Source of the DNA: a virus
Direction: 5' to 3' (one strand)
Length of the DNA: 64,000 bases
IMG/VR virus record: IMGVR_UViG_3300027608_000024
Span: 1-64,000 of that record
Part shown: one piece after another, positions 28,687-39,081 of the stretch
How positions within the stretch are numbered: the first letter of the stretch is position 1
Layout: every line of letters begins with the position of its first letter
The notes under the pieces: generated by a model
What the model was told of the DNA's origin: nothing
Seen by the model: the letters and a program-made list of their open reading frames with translations, nothing else
Database searches by the model: none
Position numbers and translations under genes: made by a program

Positions 28687-28826
28687 GTAACCTCCCTAAG
28701 CCCACAAATATCCCTGCTCAGCAGGTAGTTTTAAAGCGCACTGTTTCAAGTGCGCGCAACCGAGAGACACAACCCGCTTACAATCAGCCTAAACAGGACA
28801 CTCTTCCGCCACCTAGCAACATCTAG
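28683..28826 (+). CDS. Small hypothetical protein (47 aa)
   Basis: ATGA overlap; Pro/Gln-rich. Confidence 0.45.
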   Translation: MSNLPKPTNIPAQQVVLKRTVSSARNRETQPAYNQPKQDTLPPPSNI

Positions 28827-28838
28827 TACACTATAGAC

Positions 28839-29636
28839 GTGGCCACTTTTGCTGATATAAGCACAATTGCTCGTACTTATTTACGAGATTTCCCAAGGTT
28901 CTTTCAAGTAACCTTTGATGCTGCTGGGCGTACATATGAGTTGGGTCATGTCAACATTGACACATCCAGTATCTGGATCGCAACATACACATCTGGTGGG
29001 GCTACTACAGAACTTGCTTCAACTAGTTATGCACTTGATGAGCGTAATGGTATTTTACGCCTCGCTACCTTGCCAGCTTCTGGCTCAAAAATCATGATTG
29101 AAGGGTACTACTACGAGTGGCTTACCCCTGCTGATCTTGATTTCTACTCGCAGCGCGCTTTAGAAAAGCATATCCGTGACCTTGGCGTAGGTATTGACGG
29201 AATGTCTGAAGTTCTCATTAACGCAATTGGTATTGCCGCCATTTGTGAGTCTTTGTGGGCTCTAATGACCGAGTTCAGCCGTGATATTGATGTGATTACA
29301 TCTGAGTCTGTGCACATCCCCGCCAGCCAGCGTTTCCGCATGGCTCAGTCATTGCTATCCCAATGGGAAGGGGAATACCAACGTCACGCCACTGCTCTTA
29401 ACATTGGTATTGACCGTATTGAGGTCTTTAGTTTGCGTCGTACATCACGTACAACTAACCGACTTATTCCGCTATACAAGCCCAAGGAATTTGGTGACTA
29501 CTCACCCATGGAACGCTTGTGGCCCGATGTTGACCCTGGCATCATGAATCGTGAAGTGCTTGAAGACGACTTGCGCACAGATGTTTACATTGACACTACC
29601 CCAAGGTCTGGGCAGACCACTAACGCCTATTACTGA
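28839..29636 (+). CDS. Head-tail adaptor / neck protein
   Basis: Synteny; TACACT 6 nt before GTG. Confidence 0.65.
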   Translation: MATFADISTIARTYLRDFPRFFQVTFDAAGRTYELGHVNIDTSSIWIATYTSGGATTELASTSYALDERNGILRLATLPASGSKIMIEGYYYEWLTPADLDFYSQRALEKHIRDLGVGIDGMSEVLINAIGIAAICESLWALMTEFSRDIDVITSESVHIPASQRFRMAQSLLSQWEGEYQRHATALNIGIDRIEVFSLRRTSRTTNRLIPLYKPKEFGDYSPMERLWPDVDPGIMNREVLEDDLRTDVYIDTTPRSGQTTNAYY

Positions 29637-30172
29637 TGGATGTACGTAGAGAACTTGACATTATTAACAAACACTTTCGTAGGCACCATAAGGTAGCTAA
29701 CGAAACTGTAGTTTGGTATGAATTTAACATCCTGGGTTCTGCCAGCGTAAACAGTATTTATGATGATGTTTACGACGAAGGAATTCGCGGAACTGGTGGC
29801 AAATCATATAAAGATGGCGTAATTATCCCAATTATGTTGGGGTCTGAAAATGAAGATCAAAAAAGGGCTATTCCAGAAGCCAGACAGCCTGTTCAAACAA
29901 TGGACATTTTTGTGTCAATTAAAGACATGCGTGATGCTGGTATTTCTACACCATACGAATACCGTGACCATTTAAATGATTTATTTTTGTATGACGGACG
30001 GTACTATGCGGTGTATGACTACAAGGTTAGAGGTCGTCTAAAAGACGACATATTTGTCCTTATTTCAGGTCAAGAAACATTTATTAACCAAGAGTTCCTA
30101 AATGATCCAGGCCCTGGTGCGCTTGGTCTAGACAACTTTCCTTGGCCTGCAACACTTCCAATAATAGAGTAG
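29636..30172 (+). CDS. Head closure / neck protein
   Basis: Synteny; IYDDVYDEG. Confidence 0.6.
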   Translation: MDVRRELDIINKHFRRHHKVANETVVWYEFNILGSASVNSIYDDVYDEGIRGTGGKSYKDGVIIPIMLGSENEDQKRAIPEARQPVQTMDIFVSIKDMRDAGISTPYEYRDHLNDLFLYDGRYYAVYDYKVRGRLKDDIFVLISGQETFINQEFLNDPGPGALGLDNFPWPATLPIIE

Positions 30173-30230
30173 AATAGGAGTACTCAACGAGCGTTGAGTG
30201 CCCCAACTGCCTAGACTCGGAGAGTGCGCC

Positions 30231-30611
30231 ATGCGATTGGCTTCCTCAAAACCTTCTTCTTTGAGTCTTTCACTTGCCGCTATTTTGGTTGGCTCTACCG
30301 GTCTTAATAAGCAATTCACTAAATCAACTGGGGTAAATACTAAGACCCGTAAACTTGCAGCTAAGTACCAGGCTGAAGTTCGTAAACACGCCAAGACCCA
30401 AGAGGGTTGGTCTGAAATTGCTGATTCCCTTAAAGTTTCTATTTTAAATAATAATTCTGTAAAAGTTTCAATTGATGGTTCAAATGAAATTAAAGAAAAA
30501 GCCAAGATGCTTGAGTACGGCACCGGTGAAAAATCACCTAATGCCCTTATTAGAACGTTTGAATCTAAGTTTAATGATGATGTACAAATGTCACTTAGGG
30601 GTTACAATTGA
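30231..30611 (+). CDS. Neck protein (HK97 gp10-like)
   Basis: AKMLEYGT...PNALIR motif. Confidence 0.6.
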   Translation: MRLASSKPSSLSLSLAAILVGSTGLNKQFTKSTGVNTKTRKLAAKYQAEVRKHAKTQEGWSEIADSLKVSILNNNSVKVSIDGSNEIKEKAKMLEYGTGEKSPNALIRTFESKFNDDVQMSLRGYN

Positions 30612-31312
30612 GTAACGCTGGATTCCTCTTGGCAGAAGATGCTGCTGTAAAAGCCAGATTTGCAAACATTGCTGTTTCGGATGACCGAGAAGCAACTCGC
30701 GTTGCTGATGTGTTCTTTAGGTATCCGGATGGTGAGAAAGAAAAAAACTACCCATTTATTACCATTGAAAACGTAGGCATTACCCATAATAGGGCGTTAC
30801 AGCATTCTGAACAGAACTATTACTACAGTAACGACTTTGCTGGAGCTTCACTTTCGCCGTCCTTTATTGACTACTTTCCGTCAGAACTAGATGCTGCAGG
30901 TATGTCTACCACCCTTGGTGCAGGCGCTTACTTAAAAATGGATTCCTTTGTGCCAGTTACCTTGATCTACCAGGTATCTACATACGCACGAAGTGCCCTT
31001 CATGATCGTCAACTTACGTCAAAGATTATGCGCCGAGTAGTACCTTTGCGCAAGGGCTTTATTGACGTCCCAGAAGATGGGACAATTCGTAGGTTTGACC
31101 TTATGTCTTGGGGTAACAGTGACCTTCTTGATGGAGAAGCTGGGTACCGCAAGAGGATCTTTAGAAAAGTGTACACAATTCATATGTCAGCCGAGATACC
31201 AGCTTCAGATATGACTGCCCTCAAGCACGTCACCTCTGTTGTTGGTAAGATAACAAACATAAACAATTCGAGTAATTCTGTATTCATCCCGCCGTTTTTG
31301 GAGGTATTTTAA
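30608..31312 (+). CDS. Tail terminator / completion protein
   Basis: YPFITI; YQVSTYAR; directly before sheath. Confidence 0.65.
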   Translation: MSNAGFLLAEDAAVKARFANIAVSDDREATRVADVFFRYPDGEKEKNYPFITIENVGITHNRALQHSEQNYYYSNDFAGASLSPSFIDYFPSELDAAGMSTTLGAGAYLKMDSFVPVTLIYQVSTYARSALHDRQLTSKIMRRVVPLRKGFIDVPEDGTIRRFDLMSWGNSDLLDGEAGYRKRIFRKVYTIHMSAEIPASDMTALKHVTSVVGKITNINNSSNSVFIPPFLEVF

Positions 31313-32887
31313 ATGGCCACATATTCAACTCCAGGTGTATACGTAAGTGAATCAACGTTAGTTAGCAACACCCAACGTTCTAACAACGCCGATTCAACTG
31401 CCGTATTCTTTGGTACTGCCCCGCGCGGTCCACTTGCTGCAACTTTGATTAACTCATGGAGTGGCTTTAAGTCAATTTATGGGGATATCAGTGCTAACAA
31501 TGAACTTGGCTACGCTGTCTATCACTTCTTTGCAAACGGTGGTCGTGAAGCCTACATTGTTCGTGTTTTGCACACCTCTGGAAGTGCTCCTCTTGCAACA
31601 ACTGCTACGGCAACTGTTCCGTACTACCCAACTGGTAGTGGCTCAGCCTCTGGTTCACTCCTTACGTTGAGTGCAACCAGCCCTGGAGCATGGGCTGACG
31701 GAACCTTAACCAATAAAGGTTTGTCTGTAAAAGTTAACTCGGACAACCGCACCGGAGCAATTACTGCTACTGCATCGGTTATCCCTACTTTTAACTTGAC
31801 CGTTTATCTTGATGGTGCTGAAGTTGAGCGTTGGAATGAGATTTCAACAGATCCAGCAAACAACCGATATGCGCCCACTGTATTGAACACCTACTCCCAG
31901 TACATCAATGGTGTAGTTGGTGCTTCTGCTGGAAGTGTTACAGCCGCTAGTGCTACTTGGGAATTCATTACTACTGAGAAGAAGTTCTCCGCATCGGTTG
32001 ATGGAACCGCAGTTACTGGTGACGACTACACGGCTGCTATTAACAGTAAACTTGAAACCATTGAAGGTGTTCTTATCTTAAATGCCGTTGGGCAAACAAG
32101 TAGCCTCGTTGTGAACGCCCTTATTGCTAAGGCCGAAACTCGTGGTGATTCCTTTGTTGTTATTGACCCGTCAACTTCAACTGATGCTGCAACCATTGGT
32201 GCAGGTACTGTACAGGGTTACACCCCCTCGTCATACGCAGCGGTGTACTACCCAATGCTCAAGATGGCTGATCCAACCAAGACTGGGCCTGCTGCAATTC
32301 GTGACACCTACCCAGGTGGCGCTGTTGTTGGAGCGTACATTCGTTCAGAAGTGACTCGTACGGTTGCTAAGGCTCCTGCAGGTTATGGCACTGATGTTCG
32401 CAATGCGATTGGCCTCACGGCTACATTTACACCAACAGAAGCAGATGACCTTTACGCAAAGTACGGAATTAACTTGTTTAAGTCGGTTCCTGGAGCGGGA
32501 GTTATCATTAATGGTACTCGCACCCTTGACAAGCTTTCACCCGGCAAATACATCCCAATCCGCCGTTCGCTTAACTACATTAAGCAGTCCCTTAAGGACG
32601 CAACGCAGTTTGCAGTATTTGAACCTAACGACCAGCGCCTATGGGACCGTATCAGCATGACAACCTCAGCCTTCCTTGGTGAGTTCTGGCGTGCTGGTGG
32701 TCTTAAGGGTGGCAACTCTGCAGAAGCTTTTTACGTTACTTGTAACAGCACCAACAATACGTCAACCAGTATCAACAACGGTGAAGTACGCCTTGAGGTT
32801 GGAGTAGCCCTACAATACCCAGCCGAATTCATTGTAATCAACGTCAGTCAATGGACTGGCGGCTCTAACACCGTATCGAATCTCTAA
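31313..32887 (+). CDS. Contractile tail sheath protein
   Basis: YSTPGVYV, FFANGG, KAPAG, YIPIRR, FAVFEPND, PAEFIVI. Confidence 0.95.
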   Translation: MATYSTPGVYVSESTLVSNTQRSNNADSTAVFFGTAPRGPLAATLINSWSGFKSIYGDISANNELGYAVYHFFANGGREAYIVRVLHTSGSAPLATTATATVPYYPTGSGSASGSLLTLSATSPGAWADGTLTNKGLSVKVNSDNRTGAITATASVIPTFNLTVYLDGAEVERWNEISTDPANNRYAPTVLNTYSQYINGVVGASAGSVTAASATWEFITTEKKFSASVDGTAVTGDDYTAAINSKLETIEGVLILNAVGQTSSLVVNALIAKAETRGDSFVVIDPSTSTDAATIGAGTVQGYTPSSYAAVYYPMLKMADPTKTGPAAIRDTYPGGAVVGAYIRSEVTRTVAKAPAGYGTDVRNAIGLTATFTPTEADDLYAKYGINLFKSVPGAGVIINGTRTLDKLSPGKYIPIRRSLNYIKQSLKDATQFAVFEPNDQRLWDRISMTTSAFLGEFWRAGGLKGGNSAEAFYVTCNSTNNTSTSINNGEVRLEVGVALQYPAEFIVINVSQWTGGSNTVSNL

Positions 32888-32897
32888 GGAGTAATAA

Positions 32898-33491
32898 ATG
32901 GCACGTTCAGCTGCAACAGACCCAATTCGTAACTTTAAATTCCAGGTTACGATCAATACCTCAGGCGCCCTTGGTGCCGCTACTACAGGACTAGGAAGCA
33001 TCGGCTTTGCCGCTATGTCCGGTCTCTCAGTTAACAACGAAATGGTTGGTTACCGTGAAGGTGGCATGAACACCCACCCGCACAAGTTTATTGGCCAGTC
33101 AGATTTTGCTCCGGTTACATTTAGCCGTGGTGTGTTTGCTGAACAGGACCAACTGTACAAGTGGCAGCAGTTTTTGCATTCGTGGAACCAGGCTTCAAGT
33201 GGTTCAACAAGTGCGGACAATGACTACCGTTGTGACATCCTTGTCAAAGTTTTTGATCACCCTGTTTCTTCTGGTTCATACAGTACCCCTGGTGCCGTAA
33301 ATGGGAACTCAGGAAATGTTGGTGATGCTCGTTTTGGTTTCAAGTTGTTTAACTGCTTCCCTGGAACCTACTCATTGAACGACCTTAACGCTGGTGACAG
33401 TGGCATTATGGTCCAACAGATGACTCTTAACCACGAAGGCTTTGTGATAGCCTGGACTAAAGAAGACGTAGAAAAACTTTCATCAATCTAA
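32898..33491 (+). CDS. Tail tube protein (T4 gp19-like)
   Basis: DPIRNFKF, GF..SGL, YREGG, VTFSRG, L.HEG. Confidence 0.92.
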   Translation: MARSAATDPIRNFKFQVTINTSGALGAATTGLGSIGFAAMSGLSVNNEMVGYREGGMNTHPHKFIGQSDFAPVTFSRGVFAEQDQLYKWQQFLHSWNQASSGSTSADNDYRCDILVKVFDHPVSSGSYSTPGAVNGNSGNVGDARFGFKLFNCFPGTYSLNDLNAGDSGIMVQQMTLNHEGFVIAWTKEDVEKLSSI

Positions 33492-33513
33492 TACTTAAAC
33501 ATAGGACTACAAA

Positions 33514-34314
33514 TTGACACTTAAAACAGACGCAGACGCGGTTAACTCCGCTATCCGTGAACCAGTTCCTGAACTACACGCTCCAGAAACAGTCTCAGCA
33601 ACCCTTCAGCGCGGCCTAATTGACCCTGCTACGGGGTTGTGGCAGGTTGACTCAGAAGTGCGTGAAATGACTGGGGCTGACGAAGAGTACATGGCTTCTT
33701 TAGAATCAAAAAATGCCGTAACTTATGGTGAGTACATGGCAACTTTGCTTAAGAGGACTGTTGTTCGTGTTGGTTCAATTAACATTGGCGATCATCCTTC
33801 GGCATTAGACAACCTTACAATCGGTGATCGAGACATTCTTTTCTTGGGTGTTATCAAGGCAACCTACGGTACTTCAAAAGACTTCCAAGTTGAATGTGGT
33901 AGTTGTAACAAGAGTAATGACATTGTTATGAATCTTGATGAGGATTTTCCAATTCAAACACCAAACGTAGATTTACGTGGTACAACAAGTCACACTCTTC
34001 GTAAAGGTAAAATTGTTAAGTTGCGTGTTCCTACGTCAGCAGACAACATGCAAATTGCCAAAAACGCACAATCTGCTTCTGCCCAGAACACCCTTATGAT
34101 TGCAAAGTGTGCAGTCTGGGAAGATGGGGAAACAGCACCTACTGACGTTGAGGCATGGGCTAAAACCCTTAATGTTGCCGACCGTAATAACCTTGTTCGC
34201 AGCCTCCTTGAAATCAAGGCTGGCCCGAAGCTCGAGGCGGTGAATGTCCCGTGCGCTCACTGTAACGAAGAAATGGTTATAAGGATCGACTGGATCTCAC
34301 TTTTACTTAGCTAA
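33514..34314 (+). CDS. Tail assembly chaperone / T4 gp26-like protein
   Basis: VREMTGADEE; two CxxC motifs; lies between tube and tape measure. Confidence 0.75.
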   Translation: MTLKTDADAVNSAIREPVPELHAPETVSATLQRGLIDPATGLWQVDSEVREMTGADEEYMASLESKNAVTYGEYMATLLKRTVVRVGSINIGDHPSALDNLTIGDRDILFLGVIKATYGTSKDFQVECGSCNKSNDIVMNLDEDFPIQTPNVDLRGTTSHTLRKGKIVKLRVPTSADNMQIAKNAQSASAQNTLMIAKCAVWEDGETAPTDVEAWAKTLNVADRNNLVRSLLEIKAGPKLEAVNVPCAHCNEEMVIRIDWISLLLS

Positions 34315-34447
34315 TATCAAATATACTTATTGGGAATACGAACTGATTGCTTCTGTTTACAAAGGGTTTAACCTCTCGGATTTACGGTCAATGACTGTCC
34401 GCCAAAGGGACTTCTGGTTCCGTATGGCAAAATGGCGTAATACCTAA
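34300..34447 (+). CDS. Start-less +1-frame extension of the tail chaperone (probable programmed frameshift)
   Basis: Frame +1 reads FYLANIKYTYWEYELIASVYKGFNLSDLRSMTVRQRDFW...; no ATG/GTG/TTG near its 5' end. Confidence 0.55.
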
Positions 34448-34458
34448 CGGAGGAACCT

Positions 34459-37086
34459 ATGGCAGATAAACCAATCATTGGCGATGATGGTGCAGTAGTA
34501 TCCAAAAACATCCAAAAAGTAGAACGCGAAATGACGTCTGCCCTTAATAGGGTTCTTGACACTGTTGAAAAGCGCTTAGACAAAATTGGTCAGAAGTTTG
34601 CTGAAACAGTTAGTGGAGCAGTAAACGACTCTGCGGGTGGGAAAGTTGGTGGTGCTGGCACCAAAATTGCTGGTGGCATATTCCAACCAACAAGTTCCGC
34701 AATGGGCAAGGGTGCCGAATCTGGTGCGGAAAGTATTGGTGGAGTAGGTGGCATGCTTGGCAAGACCAAGATGATGGGTAACCTCAGTGCTACTGCAATG
34801 AACCGCATAAATATGGGTGTTACGGCAGTCAATATGGGCATTGACGCTGCAAACTCTAGGTTTGATCGTGGACGAGAAGGCGTTTTAGAAGCAGACCGTA
34901 TGTCTGTGCTTTACCAGCAAATGACTGGTAAAAGTCAACTTGGTGTCAGCTCTACCTACAGAATGCCCCTTACCAACTACCGCCTAGGTGCAGGTGGTAT
35001 TAATGCTTTGATGGGCTTAGAAGCCTCTACAGGCATCAGTGGTCGCCAACAGGCTTCAAGCGTTGAAGCTTTTCGTACCATGTCTGGTTACACCATGGGT
35101 GCTGGTGAAGCAACTGGAATGATTAACAACCTAGCAAGCGCCTCAACTGTAAACCGTATGTTTATGATGGGTGGAACATCTCTTGTTGGTATTGGCGGAA
35201 AACAAAACTCGGCAATGGATGTTATGAAGGGTATTGTTAAGTCAGCAGGACTTACTGACCCAGCAATCCTCAAAGGAGCGTTAGCTCCAGGTTCAATTAC
35301 TCGTTCAAAACTCTCAATGATGGGTGTACCTGAGGAAATGCAGACTCAGGCAATTCAGTATGCTATGCAAAACCAAACCTTTAAAGGTAAGGGTGGCAAA
35401 GGTATGTACGACCCCAGCAAAGAAGCTGATCGTCGTAAAATGGGTATTGAGGAAAACTTTGCTACTCAAGTTGAAGAAACACAACGACTGGAGACAAAGC
35501 GTGACGAAAACTTCTACCGTCGTCAAGTAGACAACTACGCTCATCTTGAACGACAAACTCAATCTTTGACTAAAATGTTTGGCGCTCTAGAAGACAAGCT
35601 ATCTGGAGTTCTTGGTTTAGTTGGATCTAATAAAATTGCAACATCAATTTTTCAATCTGCAACGGGACCATTTGGAGACCCATCTGGCGGTGGAGACCCA
35701 GCTGGTATTCCTATGCCACAAAACATTTCTGCAGCGGCGTCAAAAACTTCATTTAACAATCTAAGCGCTCAATTTAAAGAACGCCTTACTAAAATGATGG
35801 CAGACAACCCAAATGTTACGTTTGGTCAGGGTGTTCGTTCATCAGCTGATCAGCGAACAATGTTCTTATCCCGTTATACCAAAACAAACTCTCCAACAAA
35901 TGCTAATGGTGAAAAGAACTGGCAATGGGACGGCGCCTACTGGGAACACACAAGTGGAGCACCTGCAGCACCCCCAGGACGTTCTATGCACGAAATTGGA
36001 CTTGCAGCAGACCTTGGTGGAGACTTGGATTGGGTTGTTAGGAATGCTCACAAATACGGACTAAAACACTTTGCAGATGTCAATGGAGAAAACTGGCACG
36101 TTCAACCCGCAGAACTCCCTAATGGTAGAGCTGCTTATGAAAAAATGGGAGCACCTTGGGGTAGGGGCCCTGCTGGCGCAGCTCCTTTTGATCCAAGCTC
36201 AAATTTTGGTGATTCATTAGATCACTCACCTAGAGGAAAAATGGCAGGTGGTTCTAGTACCTCCCAATCTTCTTCTAGTAGGAGTTCCAGTAGGAGTATG
36301 CGTGCTCCAACAATTTCTGAAAAAGTAGCAGCAAAACTAAGCCCAATTGGTGCTGGTGGGTCTAGTGCTCCATCTGGACGAAGGGTTATATCTGGGCGCG
36401 TTAAAGGAGCTAGTGGCACTGATGTCATTACATCTTCAAACTTGCCTTTTGGTGGACAAGCACCATCTGGTGTAAGTATCACGCAATGGTCTACTGATTT
36501 TTTAAATAAAGTTGGAGCACCTGTTACAGAGTCAAACATTCAAGCAATGGCATCATGGATTGCTAGTGAAGGAACTAGAGCAGCATTTAACCCTCTTGCT
36601 GTAATCACTAATCCAGATGCTGGCGCTCTTGGTTGGACCGAATTTAACTCTGCTGGAGTAACAAACTTTACAAGTTACGAACAGGGTCTTGAGTACAACG
36701 TAAGGCACATGACTAAACATGGTGTAGGTGTTATTAACGCTTTAAAAAATAAAAGCAATAACCCATACGACATTGCAACTGCTATTGAAAACGCAAGTTT
36801 TCAAGGCAAAGGATCACCAAAAAATACTCTTGTTCGCCAAAACTTGCAAGCACGACATGTACCTGAACCAACAACATCGGGAGACCCAGTGGGTACAAGA
36901 ATGAGTGGGGGTAGTGGCGGAGGTGGAAGTGTTTCCCTTTCAGGTGGCCACACTTTTAACATCAGCCCAACAATTAATGTGTCTGGTGGGGGATCTGGTT
37001 CTCAAATTGATTTGCAAAAGATTGCACATGAAATAGCAGTTCTAACTCGCCGTGAATTAGAACTTGAGATGTTGAGGAGTAACTAA
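34459..37086 (+). CDS. Tape measure protein with C-terminal peptidoglycan hydrolase domains
   Basis: Ala/Gly/Met-rich N-half; M15 motifs APPGRSMHEIGLAAD and ENWH; second hydrolase-like domain. Confidence 0.8.
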   Translation: MADKPIIGDDGAVVSKNIQKVEREMTSALNRVLDTVEKRLDKIGQKFAETVSGAVNDSAGGKVGGAGTKIAGGIFQPTSSAMGKGAESGAESIGGVGGMLGKTKMMGNLSATAMNRINMGVTAVNMGIDAANSRFDRGREGVLEADRMSVLYQQMTGKSQLGVSSTYRMPLTNYRLGAGGINALMGLEASTGISGRQQASSVEAFRTMSGYTMGAGEATGMINNLASASTVNRMFMMGGTSLVGIGGKQNSAMDVMKGIVKSAGLTDPAILKGALAPGSITRSKLSMMGVPEEMQTQAIQYAMQNQTFKGKGGKGMYDPSKEADRRKMGIEENFATQVEETQRLETKRDENFYRRQVDNYAHLERQTQSLTKMFGALEDKLSGVLGLVGSNKIATSIFQSATGPFGDPSGGGDPAGIPMPQNISAAASKTSFNNLSAQFKERLTKMMADNPNVTFGQGVRSSADQRTMFLSRYTKTNSPTNANGEKNWQWDGAYWEHTSGAPAAPPGRSMHEIGLAADLGGDLDWVVRNAHKYGLKHFADVNGENWHVQPAELPNGRAAYEKMGAPWGRGPAGAAPFDPSSNFGDSLDHSPRGKMAGGSSTSQSSSSRSSSRSMRAPTISEKVAAKLSPIGAGGSSAPSGRRVISGRVKGASGTDVITSSNLPFGGQAPSGVSITQWSTDFLNKVGAPVTESNIQAMASWIASEGTRAAFNPLAVITNPDAGALGWTEFNSAGVTNFTSYEQGLEYNVRHMTKHGVGVINALKNKSNNPYDIATAIENASFQGKGSPKNTLVRQNLQARHVPEPTTSGDPVGTRMSGGSGGGGSVSLSGGHTFNISPTINVSGGGSGSQIDLQKIAHEIAVLTRRELELEMLRSN

Positions 37087-38825
37087 TGGGTTACCGCGAA
37101 GATGGAAATTTTGGATTTATTGATCAATACCCAATCAGTAGTGGAATTACAAACCCAACTTTTACGTACCCTACTAGGGGTATTAGGTTTCTTGAAGCCC
37201 AAGCAGCACTTGACAAAGTAAAAGATAGTTACAAACTACATCGTGGATATATTCGAAACTTAGACCAACCTGCTTTAGGGGCAGCATTTCCTGTAAGTAA
37301 ATGTAAATTTCAATTTAATCCACAAGAAATTCGTCAAGATGTGTCAATGCGTGAAGACGTTTACCACGCAATTCTTCAAGACCCAGCCCAACTGACACAA
37401 CCTATTGGTGCTGTTACTAGTTTTACTTTTGACTTAGTTTTTGATAGGTCTATGGAATTAGCAAAAGGTGGACCTGGAGCACTAGCAGTAGACCGCAATG
37501 CAAATTTATTTGGAGAAACTAGTGAGTTTGACGTTTACGACATAGGTGTTCTTGCAGATTTGCGTGTTTTATATTCTGTAATTGGTCAAGGTTTTTCAAA
37601 AGAAATGCTTGCGTTTCAAATGGAATCATTAAAAAATTCTTATGAGTATGCTGCTGCAAATCAAAGTTCAGCCTCAGCAGGATCACCTGCTGCTGAAATT
37701 ATTTACGACGACGTAAAAATTAAAGACATTATGGAATCAAATTATGGTAACGCAGCATTTCTAATGCCAAACCCAGTACGTGTTTTGTTTTCTTCGTTAT
37801 TTATGGTTGACGGTTTTGTAACTGGAACTAGTGTTGCATTTTTAAAGTTCAATACAAACATGGTTCCAATGCAATGTAAAGTAACACTTTCAATGAGTGC
37901 TATGTACATTGGGTTTGCAAAGCAAGATACATTTTTAACTAAAAATTTAGAAAACGCAGCTTCCGCAAAAACTGCAGCTGATGCAGAAACTGCTGCAGCA
38001 AAACAAGAACTTAGTACTTCATTAGCTAAAACAATGGACAAATTCAAGTTTGCCACTGGTGGTCGACCAAGAAACGGTGCTGACACTTTTGGAGAATGGG
38101 ATGATCCTAAACCACAATATGCACCGGCTTGGTTATACGCCATTAAAAATCCAATTTCAACCAATTTCACTAGCTCAGAAGCTGGTCTGTATAGAACTTT
38201 TTATACTGGATTTCCAAGTGTTAAACCAATAGAAGGTGGTTACACAGTAAACGTAAATGGCGTTGAGACACGCTATGGAAACGATGTTGATTCAATTTTA
38301 AAACTTTATGAGTCTGGGTCAAGCCCAACTATTACATATAACTGGACAATGAGTATTTATGGCCTAGGTGCAGGCGCAACGGCAGGGTTATCTGAATCTC
38401 AAGCAAGAACTGCTCTTGCAGCTAAGTCTTATACATCAGGCACAACCTTTAAATTAATGGGATCTTATTCAGGATCAGAAACTGCCTCTTCTAAAGAGGA
38501 GTGGGGTAGTGGTACTTCTGAGCCAGGTTCAGGTGCTAAGAGAATTAGAAGAAGGACATACTTAACTTTTGGTGACGTTACCGTAGTCTCAAATACAGCA
38601 CAAAGTGCATGGATTGAAGATGACCATCGTGACCTTCCTTCATACTTTATGGAATCTTATTATATTGTTGATATTGATATATCTGTGTCAGCAAGTGCTT
38701 CATCAGAAGCATCCATAACTAGAACTGGCACTAAAAGCTTTGTTGTAAATGGGGAAAACCCTATTGGTGAACACAATTTTTATTTAAATTGGCTTGGCAA
38801 CACTCCTGTAATAATTGTTGGATAG
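37086..38825 (+). CDS. Tube initiator / baseplate protein
   Basis: FQFNPQEI, FDLVFDRS, PVRVLF, PMQCKVTL. Confidence 0.7.
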   Translation: MGYREDGNFGFIDQYPISSGITNPTFTYPTRGIRFLEAQAALDKVKDSYKLHRGYIRNLDQPALGAAFPVSKCKFQFNPQEIRQDVSMREDVYHAILQDPAQLTQPIGAVTSFTFDLVFDRSMELAKGGPGALAVDRNANLFGETSEFDVYDIGVLADLRVLYSVIGQGFSKEMLAFQMESLKNSYEYAAANQSSASAGSPAAEIIYDDVKIKDIMESNYGNAAFLMPNPVRVLFSSLFMVDGFVTGTSVAFLKFNTNMVPMQCKVTLSMSAMYIGFAKQDTFLTKNLENAASAKTAADAETAAAKQELSTSLAKTMDKFKFATGGRPRNGADTFGEWDDPKPQYAPAWLYAIKNPISTNFTSSEAGLYRTFYTGFPSVKPIEGGYTVNVNGVETRYGNDVDSILKLYESGSSPTITYNWTMSIYGLGAGATAGLSESQARTALAAKSYTSGTTFKLMGSYSGSETASSKEEWGSGTSEPGSGAKRIRRRTYLTFGDVTVVSNTAQSAWIEDDHRDLPSYFMESYYIVDIDISVSASASSEASITRTGTKSFVVNGENPIGEHNFYLNWLGNTPVIIVG

Positions 38826-38838
38826 GTAAGGATTAATT

Positions 38839-39081
38839 ATGGCAAATTACACAGTTTCAAGTAGGTACCGTTTATCTAATGGCGGTCGTACTGCCGACAG
38901 GGTTACTAACAATGGGGGCAGTTACTACCAGTACACCTCACGTGATGGGGATACCTTTCCAATACTTGCTGCAAAAGTATTAAATGATAGTTCTCGATAT
39001 TGGGAAATTGCTGACATTAACCCACAAGTCCAATGGCCAGATGTACTTCCAACAGGTACGGTATTAAGGATTCCAACATGA
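38839..39081 (+). CDS. LysM / gpX-like baseplate protein
   Basis: YTSRDGDT..ILA...YWEIADINP...GTVLRIP. Confidence 0.85.
   Translation: MANYTVSSRYRLSNGGRTADRVTNNGGSYYQYTSRDGDTFPILAAKVLNDSSRYWEIADINPQVQWPDVLPTGTVLRIPT

Noticed and set aside
30180-30201. Hairpin upstream of the neck gene as an ncRNA
   Set aside because: Short single stem with no further support; probably a leader structure
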